Below are positions 26,498 through 33,825 of a stretch of 64,000 nucleotides of DNA, piece after piece (position 1 is the stretch's first letter; each line of letters starts with the position of its first letter). Location: positions 125,432 through 189,431 of the forward strand of contig JAGORL010000001.1 of assembly GCA_018062825.1 (NCBI GenBank), given 5' to 3'. The stretch comes from Patescibacteria group bacterium. Its GTDB lineage: Bacteria > Patescibacteriota > Patescibacteriia > UBA9934. Under the pieces are notes generated by a model. That model made no database searches. It worked only from the letters and a program-made list of their open reading frames with translations, and had not been told where the DNA came from. The position numbers and the translations under genes are program-made.

Positions 26498-27910
26498 ATG
26501 GAGGATGCGCGCACACGAATCGTTTGTACGGTAGGGCCAGCTTCGGCCTCGCTTAGCGTTTTAACCCGCATGATGAAGGCGGGAATGGATGTCGCTCGCC
26601 TCAACTTTTCGCACGGCTCCCATGATGACCATGCCAAGCTTTTGAAAACTGTCCGTGCTGCGGCTCGCAAAGCTGATCGTACGGTCGCTATTTTGCAAGA
26701 CTTACAGGGCCCAAAAATCCGTATCGGTAATTTACCCGAGGACGGCGTCATGCTACATGACGGTGAAGTAGTGCAGTTTTCCGCAGACGTTAAAGAATAC
26801 GTGAAAGGCGGTCCGTTGCCAGTTTCCTACGCTAGGCTCGCGCTTGATGTAAAGCCTGGGCACCGTATTTTACTTGATGACGGCTATTTAGAAGTTGAAG
26901 CCCTAAGGGTGAAGGGAAAGATTGTATCTGCCGTGGTGAAGGTTGGGGGAGTGCTGAAGTCTCGCAAGGGCATGAACTTACCGGATTCAATCGTTACCGC
27001 GCCTCCGGTAACGCCAAAAGATAAAGAAGATCTTATTTTTGGCGTAGCTCATGGCGTTGATTGGGTCTGTTTGTCTTTTGTTACAAAGGCGGAAACACTC
27101 AAAGAGATCCGTAAGCTCGTGAATGCTGAGGCGCGCCGCTACCATGTTCGCCCGCCACTTATCATGGCCAAGGTTGAGCGCAAAGTGGCAGTAGAGCACA
27201 TGGACGAGATCATTGAGGCAGCTGACGGCATCATGCTTGGTCGTGGCGATCTTGGTGTTGAAATTGCCCCTGAACTTGTACCGGTTGTGCAAAAAGATAT
27301 TGCCGAACATTGTCGTCGTTTAGGTAAGCCGCTTATCGTTGCTACCCACATGCTTGAGAGCATGAAGGCCAACCCGCGCGCCACGCGCGCTGAGGTGTCT
27401 GATGTTGCTAACGCAGTTTTTGATCAAGTCGATGCCGTCATGTTGTCTGCAGAATCGGCTACCGGTCGTTATCCTTCGGTGACCGTACAGATGATGGCAA
27501 ATGTCATTCGAGAGGCCGAGGCCTCACGTTTTGACGAGCTCCACGCTCACGCTGGAGAGGTCGTTAGCGGTGTTGAGTCGTTTGCGTACACCGTTGCCCT
27601 CATGGCGCACCAGGGAATCATTTGTGCTGCCGTAGTAGCATCATCCGCAATCGGGGTGGGCTCCCGCATTAATATGTTCCGCCCCAAGGTGCCTATTATT
27701 GCCGCTGTTCCAGATGCCTCGGCTGCGCGCCAGGTTCGTTTGCGCGCCGGTTGCTATCCGGTAATCATTGACGATCATGCCGCATCTTTTGTTTCGCGTT
27801 TACATACTGAGGTTCGCGCCCGCATTCCAGGATCACGTGGTAAATCGGTTGCCTACATAACGCAAGGCGCTGACAGCTCCCTTTCGCTCTCCCTTGTTCC
27901 GATTCGCTAG
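26498..27910 (+). CDS. pyk: pyruvate kinase
   Basis: RTRIVCTVGPAS, NFSHGSH, DLQGPKIRIG, MLGRGDLGVEIAPE, MLESM motifs. Confidence 0.9.
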   Translation: MEDARTRIVCTVGPASASLSVLTRMMKAGMDVARLNFSHGSHDDHAKLLKTVRAAARKADRTVAILQDLQGPKIRIGNLPEDGVMLHDGEVVQFSADVKEYVKGGPLPVSYARLALDVKPGHRILLDDGYLEVEALRVKGKIVSAVVKVGGVLKSRKGMNLPDSIVTAPPVTPKDKEDLIFGVAHGVDWVCLSFVTKAETLKEIRKLVNAEARRYHVRPPLIMAKVERKVAVEHMDEIIEAADGIMLGRGDLGVEIAPELVPVVQKDIAEHCRRLGKPLIVATHMLESMKANPRATRAEVSDVANAVFDQVDAVMLSAESATGRYPSVTVQMMANVIREAEASRFDELHAHAGEVVSGVESFAYTVALMAHQGIICAAVVASSAIGVGSRINMFRPKVPIIAAVPDASAARQVRLRAGCYPVIIDDHAASFVSRLHTEVRARIPGSRGKSVAYITQGADSSLSLSLVPIR

Positions 27911-27913
27911 CCT

Positions 27914-28405
27914 ATGCGCCCGGTATCGCTCATGGTTTTTTCGCTCTTCGCCCTTATCTCCCTTGGTATTGGCTGTGCTGCTGCTCGTGATGCTCAGGAA
28001 GTTGAGGTAAGTAATCGCGATGGTGAGGTTTCGCAAGTAGCAAGCATTGATAACGCACCTGAAGCCCCACTTGTTTCGGATATAACATTTACCGCTGCTA
28101 TTGAAGAGATGGAGGTCACATCACCGGTGGATGTGCAGGTAGAAAGCCGAAAGCTCGCAGTAACTGACTTTGCCTTTACGCCAAATGTAATAACCGTTCC
28201 GGCGGATAAACTAATTGAGATCACGATCGATGTTCTTGAAGGTGAGCATACCTTTGTTGCGGAAGAGCTCGGTATCAATGAAGAGCTAACTTTAGGTGAA
28301 ATACTAAGCTTCACAAGCCCAAGCACACCCGGTCGCTACACATTTTATTGTGGCATCGGTCCAAACCGTGGATTAGGCATGGAGGGCGTTATAGTCGTTG
28401 AGTAA
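27914..28405 (+). CDS. cupredoxin-fold (plastocyanin/azurin-like) lipoprotein, copper ligand set apparently incomplete
   Basis: lipobox LISLGIGC; C-terminal F.F.P..ITVPA...I.I......HTF......G.YTFYCGIG...GM.G.IVVE pattern; no His between the Cys and Met. Confidence 0.45.
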   Translation: MRPVSLMVFSLFALISLGIGCAAARDAQEVEVSNRDGEVSQVASIDNAPEAPLVSDITFTAAIEEMEVTSPVDVQVESRKLAVTDFAFTPNVITVPADKLIEITIDVLEGEHTFVAEELGINEELTLGEILSFTSPSTPGRYTFYCGIGPNRGLGMEGVIVVE

Positions 28406-28423
28406 CGCTGTAAAAAAGACAAA

Positions 28424-28444
28424 GCCCGACGCATTGCGTCGGGC
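28424..28444 (-). terminator. hairpin GCCCGACGC-aat-GCGTCGGGC with A-run on + strand (T-run on -); terminates the minus-strand small gene
   Basis: perfect 9-bp stem, TAAAAAAGA immediately 5' on + strand. Confidence 0.6.
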
Positions 28445-28452
28445 CGAGGGGC

Positions 28453-28653
28453 CTAGCGGCGGCCACGAGGAGGGTGGCTCTCGATGATCTCACCGAGTGC
28501 GTCGAAGTAGCAGTCATCATGAACCGGCTTGTCGTCGATCAGGTGACCGCTCTCACCGCTACCGGTAATCGGCAGGTTGCACTGCTCGCACTGCTGAGGC
28601 TCTGCGGGCGCAAGAACTCCGGCGGGCGTTGAAAGGAACGTACGGACATTCAT
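28453..28653 (-). CDS. small (66 aa) Cys/His-containing hypothetical protein in a GC-rich patch
   Basis: ATG at 28653 preceded by GGAGG + 5 nt; CEQC...HDDC; own terminator; local GC clearly above flanks. Confidence 0.35.
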   Translation of the reverse strand: MNVRTFLSTPAGVLAPAEPQQCEQCNLPITGSGESGHLIDDKPVHDDCYFDALGEIIESHPPRGRR

Positions 28654-28712
28654 TGATGCCTCCAGGGTGAAGGTAGGGTAGCAGTAGCAGTAGCGCCTAG
28701 CAAGGTAAAACA

Positions 28713-28736
28713 AAACAACGCCGTGAGGCGTTGTTT
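28713..28736 (-). terminator. terminator hairpin, member 1 of a repeated hairpin family (AAACAACGCC-gtga-GGCGTTGTTT)
   Basis: 10-bp perfect stem directly 3' of the lectin-like gene stop, followed on minus strand by TTTTGTTTTACC. Confidence 0.7.
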
Positions 28737-28742
28737 GAGTTA

Positions 28743-30734
28743 CTAGCGAGCGAACTTCTTAAACAGCGTAACATCGATATCCATAACAAGGTCAGCCCAA
28801 TCGGCGCCAAAACGTTCCTGTGCCGCTTCCTCGCTGGTAATGTACTCAAGCATCGGTCCGGCGGATCCGGTAATGACATGGAATACCTCAGGTTTGCTTT
28901 GTATCTTTACGAGCGATCCAGGCTTTGGAAGCGCAGGCGAGCCCATGGGGATAGTGGCTAGGGTAGCGTCGGTTACCGTATGAACTGCATCAAAATCAGC
29001 AAACCACGTGAAGTAAATGGCGGATGTCATGAACGGTCGGCGAGTGCCGTTCTCAAGAAGGTAGACGGCGTCAAAGTGCTCGCCCTTGATAAGAAGCATG
29101 CCTGTCACGTTCGTAATCGGTTCAATTTCACCATTCCATGGCGATGGCCCGGTGAGCTCCGTTGTTTGCTCGGCTTCCTCATCAACCACCTCTTCATCGA
29201 TAATAGTCTCTTCTGGGCAGTTAGGTGCAGTGATTGAGGCAGTTGCTGAGAGCGTTACTCGAGTGCCCGAGCTGTTGCGAAGAAGAGCGTAGGCAGTTAC
29301 CGACCCGTTCTGCTCTTGAAACGTCCACGGCACAGTTACTGAACCGTCCGTGAGAGAACTCCAGGTACCGCTTGAAAATAATGCATCATGAGCAAGCGTG
29401 TATTCGGTCGCTCCAGGGGCGCTAATGGTCACCATGCCACTTGGGGCAGCGCCTGTACACGAGGTAGCTAAATCAGTAATTCCCATCGTCGCGCCTGTGA
29501 TTGGCGTGATGATCGTTGAGGAAGACGATCGTTCAGTTGTAAAAGTCCAAGCTGTATTACTCGTAATACCAGCAAAGCTACCTCCGGTAGTTGCATCAAA
29601 GGCAGTAGCATCAATGCGTACATATACTTCAGTGCCGCCAGGAAGTGAGACTGTTGGATTGATGGTGATAGTATCGGTGCCGTCTCCTGTTACCTGGCCG
29701 CTCGTCACGTTGATGGTGGTAAGTACGGCGTCATTACTTACGCGATAGATCGTGATATTTCCCGTTTCAACATTAACTGCTTGATCAAAAGTGATAACAA
29801 GATTTTCATTGCGATCAATATCTACGGCGCTGTCGGTTGGAGAAATAGTATCGATAACAGGCGCTTCGTATGTGGTGATGGTGAATTCGTTACCTGCCGT
29901 TTCCGGAAGATCGCCGTCAGCTCCGAACTCAACAACATAGCCTTGAAGCATGGTGCCGGAGCAGGGAAGATCATTCCAAAGGCCAGTTCCGCCAGAGAGG
30001 AATTGCCCACAATCTTCACCAGCGCCGTGTTCATTTGGTTCTCCAGAGCTCCAGTTTTCATACTCGCCAGGAACGACGGTGCCGTTACCAACCCCAACCC
30101 AGAAAAGATCGCCACTTTCAGGGCCGGTAACCCAGCGCCAGTCGCCTTCAACACTGGCATCACTTGCACCCATCCAGCCCGCGCCAGCTAGGCGATCAGC
30201 GACGAAATCATTTTCTTCTTCAGAAGTGATGGTCGTAAGGTATCCCGTTGAACCGTAACGCGAAAGAAGTTCAGCTGCTGCTTCTGCCGCAACCCAATCG
30301 ATATCACCAGGAACCGAAATGTATTCGTAAAGGTGACCATTGTCTGAAAAGAAGACTTCACCAGACTCAACAAGTGAGACTTCAAGCGCATCAGCTCCGG
30401 TTGAATTGCGGGTATAGGTCAGCGTAGCAAGCGCGTCGTTTACATCCTCATAATCTCCTGAGAAGTAAATTTCAGCTCCGGTGGATGGTCCGTCAAATGT
30501 TAGGCCGGTAGTGGTACTCATAGCGAGAGTTCCGTGCGTAACAAGAAGCTTAACAGGAATTACGCCTGTACTACCGGTAATTTCAAGATCAGGGAAAGTA
30601 AAAGCCACGCCTTCGGTAGCCTCTAAGTTATCGGTACCGGTAATTTCCCACGGACTATCAGCGTGAACGGCAGGGGCATGAAAGAGTGATCCGAAAAGAA
30701 CTAAAGCAATCGCTAAGGCGAATATTTTTTTCAT
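28743..30734 (-). CDS. secreted protein with Ig-like domains and a C-type lectin-like domain
   Basis: signal peptide MKKIFALAIALVLFGSLFHAPAVHA; CTLD pattern WMGASD..VEGDWRWVTG......W...NG......ENWSSGEPN.HGAGEDCGQFL.....LWNDLPC......YVVEF. Confidence 0.6.
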   Translation of the reverse strand: MKKIFALAIALVLFGSLFHAPAVHADSPWEITGTDNLEATEGVAFTFPDLEITGSTGVIPVKLLVTHGTLAMSTTTGLTFDGPSTGAEIYFSGDYEDVNDALATLTYTRNSTGADALEVSLVESGEVFFSDNGHLYEYISVPGDIDWVAAEAAAELLSRYGSTGYLTTITSEEENDFVADRLAGAGWMGASDASVEGDWRWVTGPESGDLFWVGVGNGTVVPGEYENWSSGEPNEHGAGEDCGQFLSGGTGLWNDLPCSGTMLQGYVVEFGADGDLPETAGNEFTITTYEAPVIDTISPTDSAVDIDRNENLVITFDQAVNVETGNITIYRVSNDAVLTTINVTSGQVTGDGTDTITINPTVSLPGGTEVYVRIDATAFDATTGGSFAGITSNTAWTFTTERSSSSTIITPITGATMGITDLATSCTGAAPSGMVTISAPGATEYTLAHDALFSSGTWSSLTDGSVTVPWTFQEQNGSVTAYALLRNSSGTRVTLSATASITAPNCPEETIIDEEVVDEEAEQTTELTGPSPWNGEIEPITNVTGMLLIKGEHFDAVYLLENGTRRPFMTSAIYFTWFADFDAVHTVTDATLATIPMGSPALPKPGSLVKIQSKPEVFHVITGSAGPMLEYITSEEAAQERFGADWADLVMDIDVTLFKKFAR

Positions 30735-30800
30735 ACAATTGCAAAAAGTATAGCATGCAGCGTGAGCGATAAAGTAGTGAAATTTGAACAATATCTAGAT

Positions 30801-30833
30801 AACAAAACAACCCCGCGAAGGGTTGCTTTGTTG
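30801..30833. repeat. hairpin AACAAAACAACCCC-gcgaa-GGGGTTGCTTTGTT, variant of the repeated hairpin family
   Basis: 13/14 bp stem; shares the AACAAAACAAC arm with hairpins at 28713, 31711 and 32069. Confidence 0.5.
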
Positions 30834-30927
30834 CTTACTCCAGGGCAACTTTGCTCATAAAATAGTCCTCCGTGGTTCGAATACAATTTTCGATCCCAGT
30901 TTATGCTCGCTAGGTTTTAAAAAAAAT

Positions 30928-30956
30928 GAGACCCCAGACGCTTGGCGCGGGGTCTC
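30928..30956 (-). terminator. rho-independent terminator of HD-like gene
   Basis: GAGACCCC-n13-GGGGTCTC preceded on + strand by A8 (T8 after hairpin on minus strand). Confidence 0.7.
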
Positions 30957-31002
30957 GGTGAGTGCAGCCTTGAAGCGGCGCTCGAGCATCTGGTAGGTCT
31001 GG

Positions 31003-31617
31003 CTAGGCTCGACAGCGTCTGGCACCAGGCCAGGGATCGCTGTCCGACAGGGGGTGATCGAACCACAGTCGCGCACTGGCGACGTCGCACATGTGCGCGA
31101 CTGCCGCGAGCGGACCCATCCGGCGCTCACGCGGCGAATAGTCATTGATCTCACCCTCGGCGTACCGCAGGCCATTCTCCTGTTCGGGCGTGAGCACGAT
31201 TCCGTACTCGCTCAGCTTCTTCATGCGGAAGGCTTGGTGGTCCTCCTTCCTTTCCATGCCAACACGATGCTGGAGCTGACCATCGTTCCCCAGCTCGTAC
31301 TTCCAGGGCTTCTCGACGTCGTGGAGGTACACGACGAGCAGAAGGTCAGAGAGCGAGAAGGGGAGCGGACGCAGCGCGCTCAGAGTCTCGTACTGCACCA
31401 CAGCCAGGTTCATGATCTCCTGAACGTGGTCGTGGTAGCCACCTTGCCAGGCTTGGTGGTTATTGGTCGAGCCCTGCACCGTCTGGAACAGGGCGAGGTT
31501 GTCCTTGAGAATGCTCTGACAGGCTGAGCGGTTGGGCTCATCCATCATGCCGAGCATGCTGTCGATTGAATGGTATTCCGGCACGGTACCTCCAGTAATC
31601 ATGACATCACAATCCAT
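31003..31617 (-). CDS. hypothetical protein, possible HD-domain phosphohydrolase (GC-rich gene)
   Basis: 204 aa; GGYHDHVQEIMNL ... VVYLHDVEKP resembles H..HD...D metal-binding pattern; about 60% GC versus about 50% flanks. Confidence 0.35.
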   Translation of the reverse strand: MDCDVMITGGTVPEYHSIDSMLGMMDEPNRSACQSILKDNLALFQTVQGSTNNHQAWQGGYHDHVQEIMNLAVVQYETLSALRPLPFSLSDLLLVVYLHDVEKPWKYELGNDGQLQHRVGMERKEDHQAFRMKKLSEYGIVLTPEQENGLRYAEGEINDYSPRERRMGPLAAVAHMCDVASARLWFDHPLSDSDPWPGARRCRA

Positions 31618-31710
31618 CTTGGAAGTGATTATTAATTATAATGAGATTTTTCAAAAAAGTCAATATATCAGGGCGGCTAATTTTCATATATTGCTTGACA
31701 TATTGCAAAA

Positions 31711-31738
31711 CAAAACAACGCCCTGAAGCGTTGTTTTG
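31711..31738 (-). terminator. terminator hairpin, family member (CAAAACAACGC-cctgaa-GCGTTGTTTTG)
   Basis: 11-bp stem directly 3' of GIY-YIG gene stop on minus strand; 17-mer CAAAACAAAACAACGCC identical to the 28707 copy. Confidence 0.7.
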
Positions 31739-31785
31739 TATCGATAAGGTCCTGTGGATTGCTCTCCCACTAGGATAGTACTGGT

Positions 31786-32052
31786 CTATGTAAGACTCTC
31801 TTTGATACGTCGTAGTAACGGCACTGAGATCGAGCCACTCTTTTTTACCGAAGATTCACGAAGCCGAGCCGTCAGCTCATTTGTATAGGCCTCATAATAA
31901 ACTAGACGAAATGGTCGATAAGGCCGAGTTGAGTCAACTTCGCCCGTATTATGTTGGTGTAAACGTCTTTCCAGATCGTTCGTGGAGCCCTTGTAGAAAT
32001 AGTTACCCTCCTTCATGCTTTGTAAAACATAGAAGAACCACCATTTTTTCAT
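31786..32052 (-). CDS. GIY-YIG nuclease superfamily protein (88 aa, stand-alone)
   Basis: FFYVLQS.KEGNYFYKGSTNDLERRLHQHN matches the GIY-(10)-YIG + R + E/N core. Confidence 0.7.
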   Translation of the reverse strand: MKKWWFFYVLQSMKEGNYFYKGSTNDLERRLHQHNTGEVDSTRPYRPFRLVYYEAYTNELTARLRESSVKKSGSISVPLLRRIKESLT

Positions 32053-32068
32053 ATAGTTCTATGATAGC

Positions 32069-32094
32069 AAAATAACGCCTAAGGCGTTATTTTG
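32069..32094 (-). terminator. terminator hairpin, family member (CAAAATAACGCC-ta-GGCGTTATTTTG) downstream of tRNA-Asp
   Basis: 12-bp stem, U-rich 3' flank on minus strand. Confidence 0.6.
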
Positions 32095-32163
32095 CTTCAT
32101 CTCGGTGCGACTTTGTGACCCGTATGCTACTTGCATGGCGGGCCACGTCGGTCGCGACCGACG

Positions 32164-32240
32164 TGGCGGGACGGACGGGACTCGAACCCGCAACTTCTGC
32201 CGTGACAGGGCAGTGCTCTAACCAATTGAACTACCGTCCC
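32164..32240 (-). tRNA. tRNA-Asp (anticodon GUC), CCA encoded
   Basis: reverse complement GGGACGGTAGTTCAATTGGTTAGAGCACTGCCCTGTCACGGCAGAAGTTGCGGGTTCGAGTCCCGTCCGTCCCGCCA folds as cloverleaf: 7-bp acceptor, D-arm GTTC/GAGC, anticodon stem CTGCC/GGCAG loop CTGTCAC, T-loop TTCGAGT. Confidence 0.85.
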
Positions 32241-32357
32241 AGATAGTTATTTCGGAGCGGCGTTATAGTATCAAGTCGTAAAAACCTTGGCAAGACAAGA
32301 TATCGGCAAGAAAAACCCTCAGAAAAAGGCCGAAATTATGCTACCATGCGGCCATCT

Positions 32358-32801
32358 ATGCACGTCATTCTTTTGCGAGGTATCTCAGGATCAGGAAAAT
32401 CTACCTGGATCAAGAATAATCAGCCACAGGCCACGGTGGTTTCCGCTGATCATCTATTTATACAGCCAGACGGTTCTTATAAGTTCGATCAAACTCGCCT
32501 GGGGGAGGCGCATCAGAAGTGCTTTAAAGCATTCATTGAGGCTCTGCAAAAAGGCAGTGAGCTAATTATTGTTGATAACACCAACGTTACCGCTTGGGAG
32601 ATGAGCCCTTATATTATCGGCGCGCGAGCCTTTGGTGCCACGGTAGAGATAATGACCTTTGATTGTGATCCGGAAGTGGCGATTGCTCGCAAGGATTGGG
32701 TGCCGGCTGATAAAGTTCGTCAGATCGCTAAAATACTGGCGGTAGAAGAAAAGAATCTTCCACGCTTCATGCAGGAGATTCATAAGAAGATATCGTGTTA
32801 A
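32358..32801 (+). CDS. P-loop NTPase, polynucleotide-kinase-like (AAA_33-type) small kinase
   Basis: Walker A LLRGISGSGKST at N-terminus, Walker B-like IIVDNTN; 147 aa. Confidence 0.55.
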   Translation: MHVILLRGISGSGKSTWIKNNQPQATVVSADHLFIQPDGSYKFDQTRLGEAHQKCFKAFIEALQKGSELIIVDNTNVTAWEMSPYIIGARAFGATVEIMTFDCDPEVAIARKDWVPADKVRQIAKILAVEEKNLPRFMQEIHKKISC

Positions 32802-32810
32802 ATAAAAAAC

Positions 32811-32846
32811 CGCCCGTCCGTCCGTGAAGACTTTGGGGCGGTGACG
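32811..32846 (-). terminator. GC-rich hairpin + T7 ending the minus-strand GC-rich operon; contains 11-mer CCCGTCCGTCC also present in tRNA-Asp 3' end
   Basis: ACCGCCC-n20-GGGCGGT with AAAAAA 5' on + strand. Confidence 0.5.
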
Positions 32847-32907
32847 GTTGGGCAAGGGACACCTCCTAAGGCCGGGCCTTGGATTGAGTTTTGTCGATGT
32901 ATCGTGA

Positions 32908-33279
32908 TCAGTTCGCGCGTGCCTCGAGAACCTGGATGAGCTCCGGGCGGGAGCTGAGGCTCGTGAGGTACAGGCGTTCGTCGGTCTGCACCACGTATCC
33001 CCAGAGCAGGGACTCGTGAACGACCGGATTCGCATGCTGGATGCTCTCCCAGCCTTCGAGGGTTTCGATGCGGCTGAGGCCTCGGAGTGGCTCGATCAGT
33101 CCACCGTAGTAGACCTGATCCAGGCACACGCTGGAGAAGAACCCCAGCATGATGCCGATGAGAAGGAAGAACGTCGCAACGTCCTTATCCTCGGTGCGGG
33201 TGCGGGTAGCGATGCGGGAGATGAGGCTGGACATGGTGTCCTCCTGCGGGGTGGGAACGGGGAAGGAGCGTAGGTACAA
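32908..33279 (-). CDS. small hypothetical membrane protein (GC-rich segment)
   Basis: one TM helix FFLLIGIMLGFFSSV; last gene of the GC-rich minus-strand string. Confidence 0.35.
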   Translation of the reverse strand: MYLRSFPVPTPQEDTMSSLISRIATRTRTEDKDVATFFLLIGIMLGFFSSVCLDQVYYGGLIEPLRGLSRIETLEGWESIQHANPVVHESLLWGYVVQTDERLYLTSLSSRPELIQVLEARAN

Positions 33280-33361
33280 GAGTAATCATAGCAAATTTGA
33301 GCCATTTTGTCAATCAAAAACCCCACGTCATCTTGCGATGCGTGGGGGACGTTTTAGCCTG

Positions 33362-33724
33362 CTAGAGGCTGAAGATACGCTCGAACTCATCGATGCCCAC
33401 CGGCTTCGAGACCGCGTGAGCGTTCAACCGCTGCAGCTCTCGATAGTCAGCATGGTGGACGTCGCCCGAGTTCGCGATGAACAAGGGCGAAGGGTTGAGG
33501 CTCTGCGTAATCCGGTAGATATCAAGGGCGGTTGCGCCCGGGAAGTTGATGTCGCACACGACCACATCGAAGTGCTCGCTGCGCAAGAGGCGCATGGCTT
33601 CCACGCCCTCCGTCGTGTGCACGACGTTCAGGCGCTTGCCTAGTCGCGCGAAGATTCGAGGGAAGAGTTGTACGTAGACGGTGCCGAGTGCGGCATCATC
33701 TTCCACGATCAGCATCTTCTGCAT
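33362..33724 (-). CDS. stand-alone response-regulator receiver (CheY-like) protein, copy 1
   Basis: MLIVEDD...FDVVVCDINFPG...SKP receiver motifs; no output domain. Confidence 0.6.
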   Translation of the reverse strand: MQKMLIVEDDAALGTVYVQLFPRIFARLGKRLNVVHTTEGVEAMRLLRSEHFDVVVCDINFPGATALDIYRITQSLNPSPLFIANSGDVHHADYRELQRLNAHAVSKPVGIDEFERIFSL

Positions 33725-33825
33725 GCCTGAAAGCCTATCCACGAAACCTCCGGTGAGAAAGGAAAAGGGACCAGAGGTCATTGCTGACTTGGTCCCCACG
33801 TTTGCCGTCAGGTCGAGCCTGGCAG

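Noticed and set aside
30855-31175. 106-aa minus-strand ORF overlapping the 3' part of the HD-like gene and its terminator
   Set aside because: Alternative frame of GC-rich DNA, Arg-rich, runs through the terminator hairpin.
28713-32094. Integron attC sites as explanation for the repeated hairpins
   Set aside because: Elements are only 24-34 nt (attC are 57-141 nt), lack R/L core sites (GTTRRRY) and no intI gene is present; terminator or REP-like repeat fits better.
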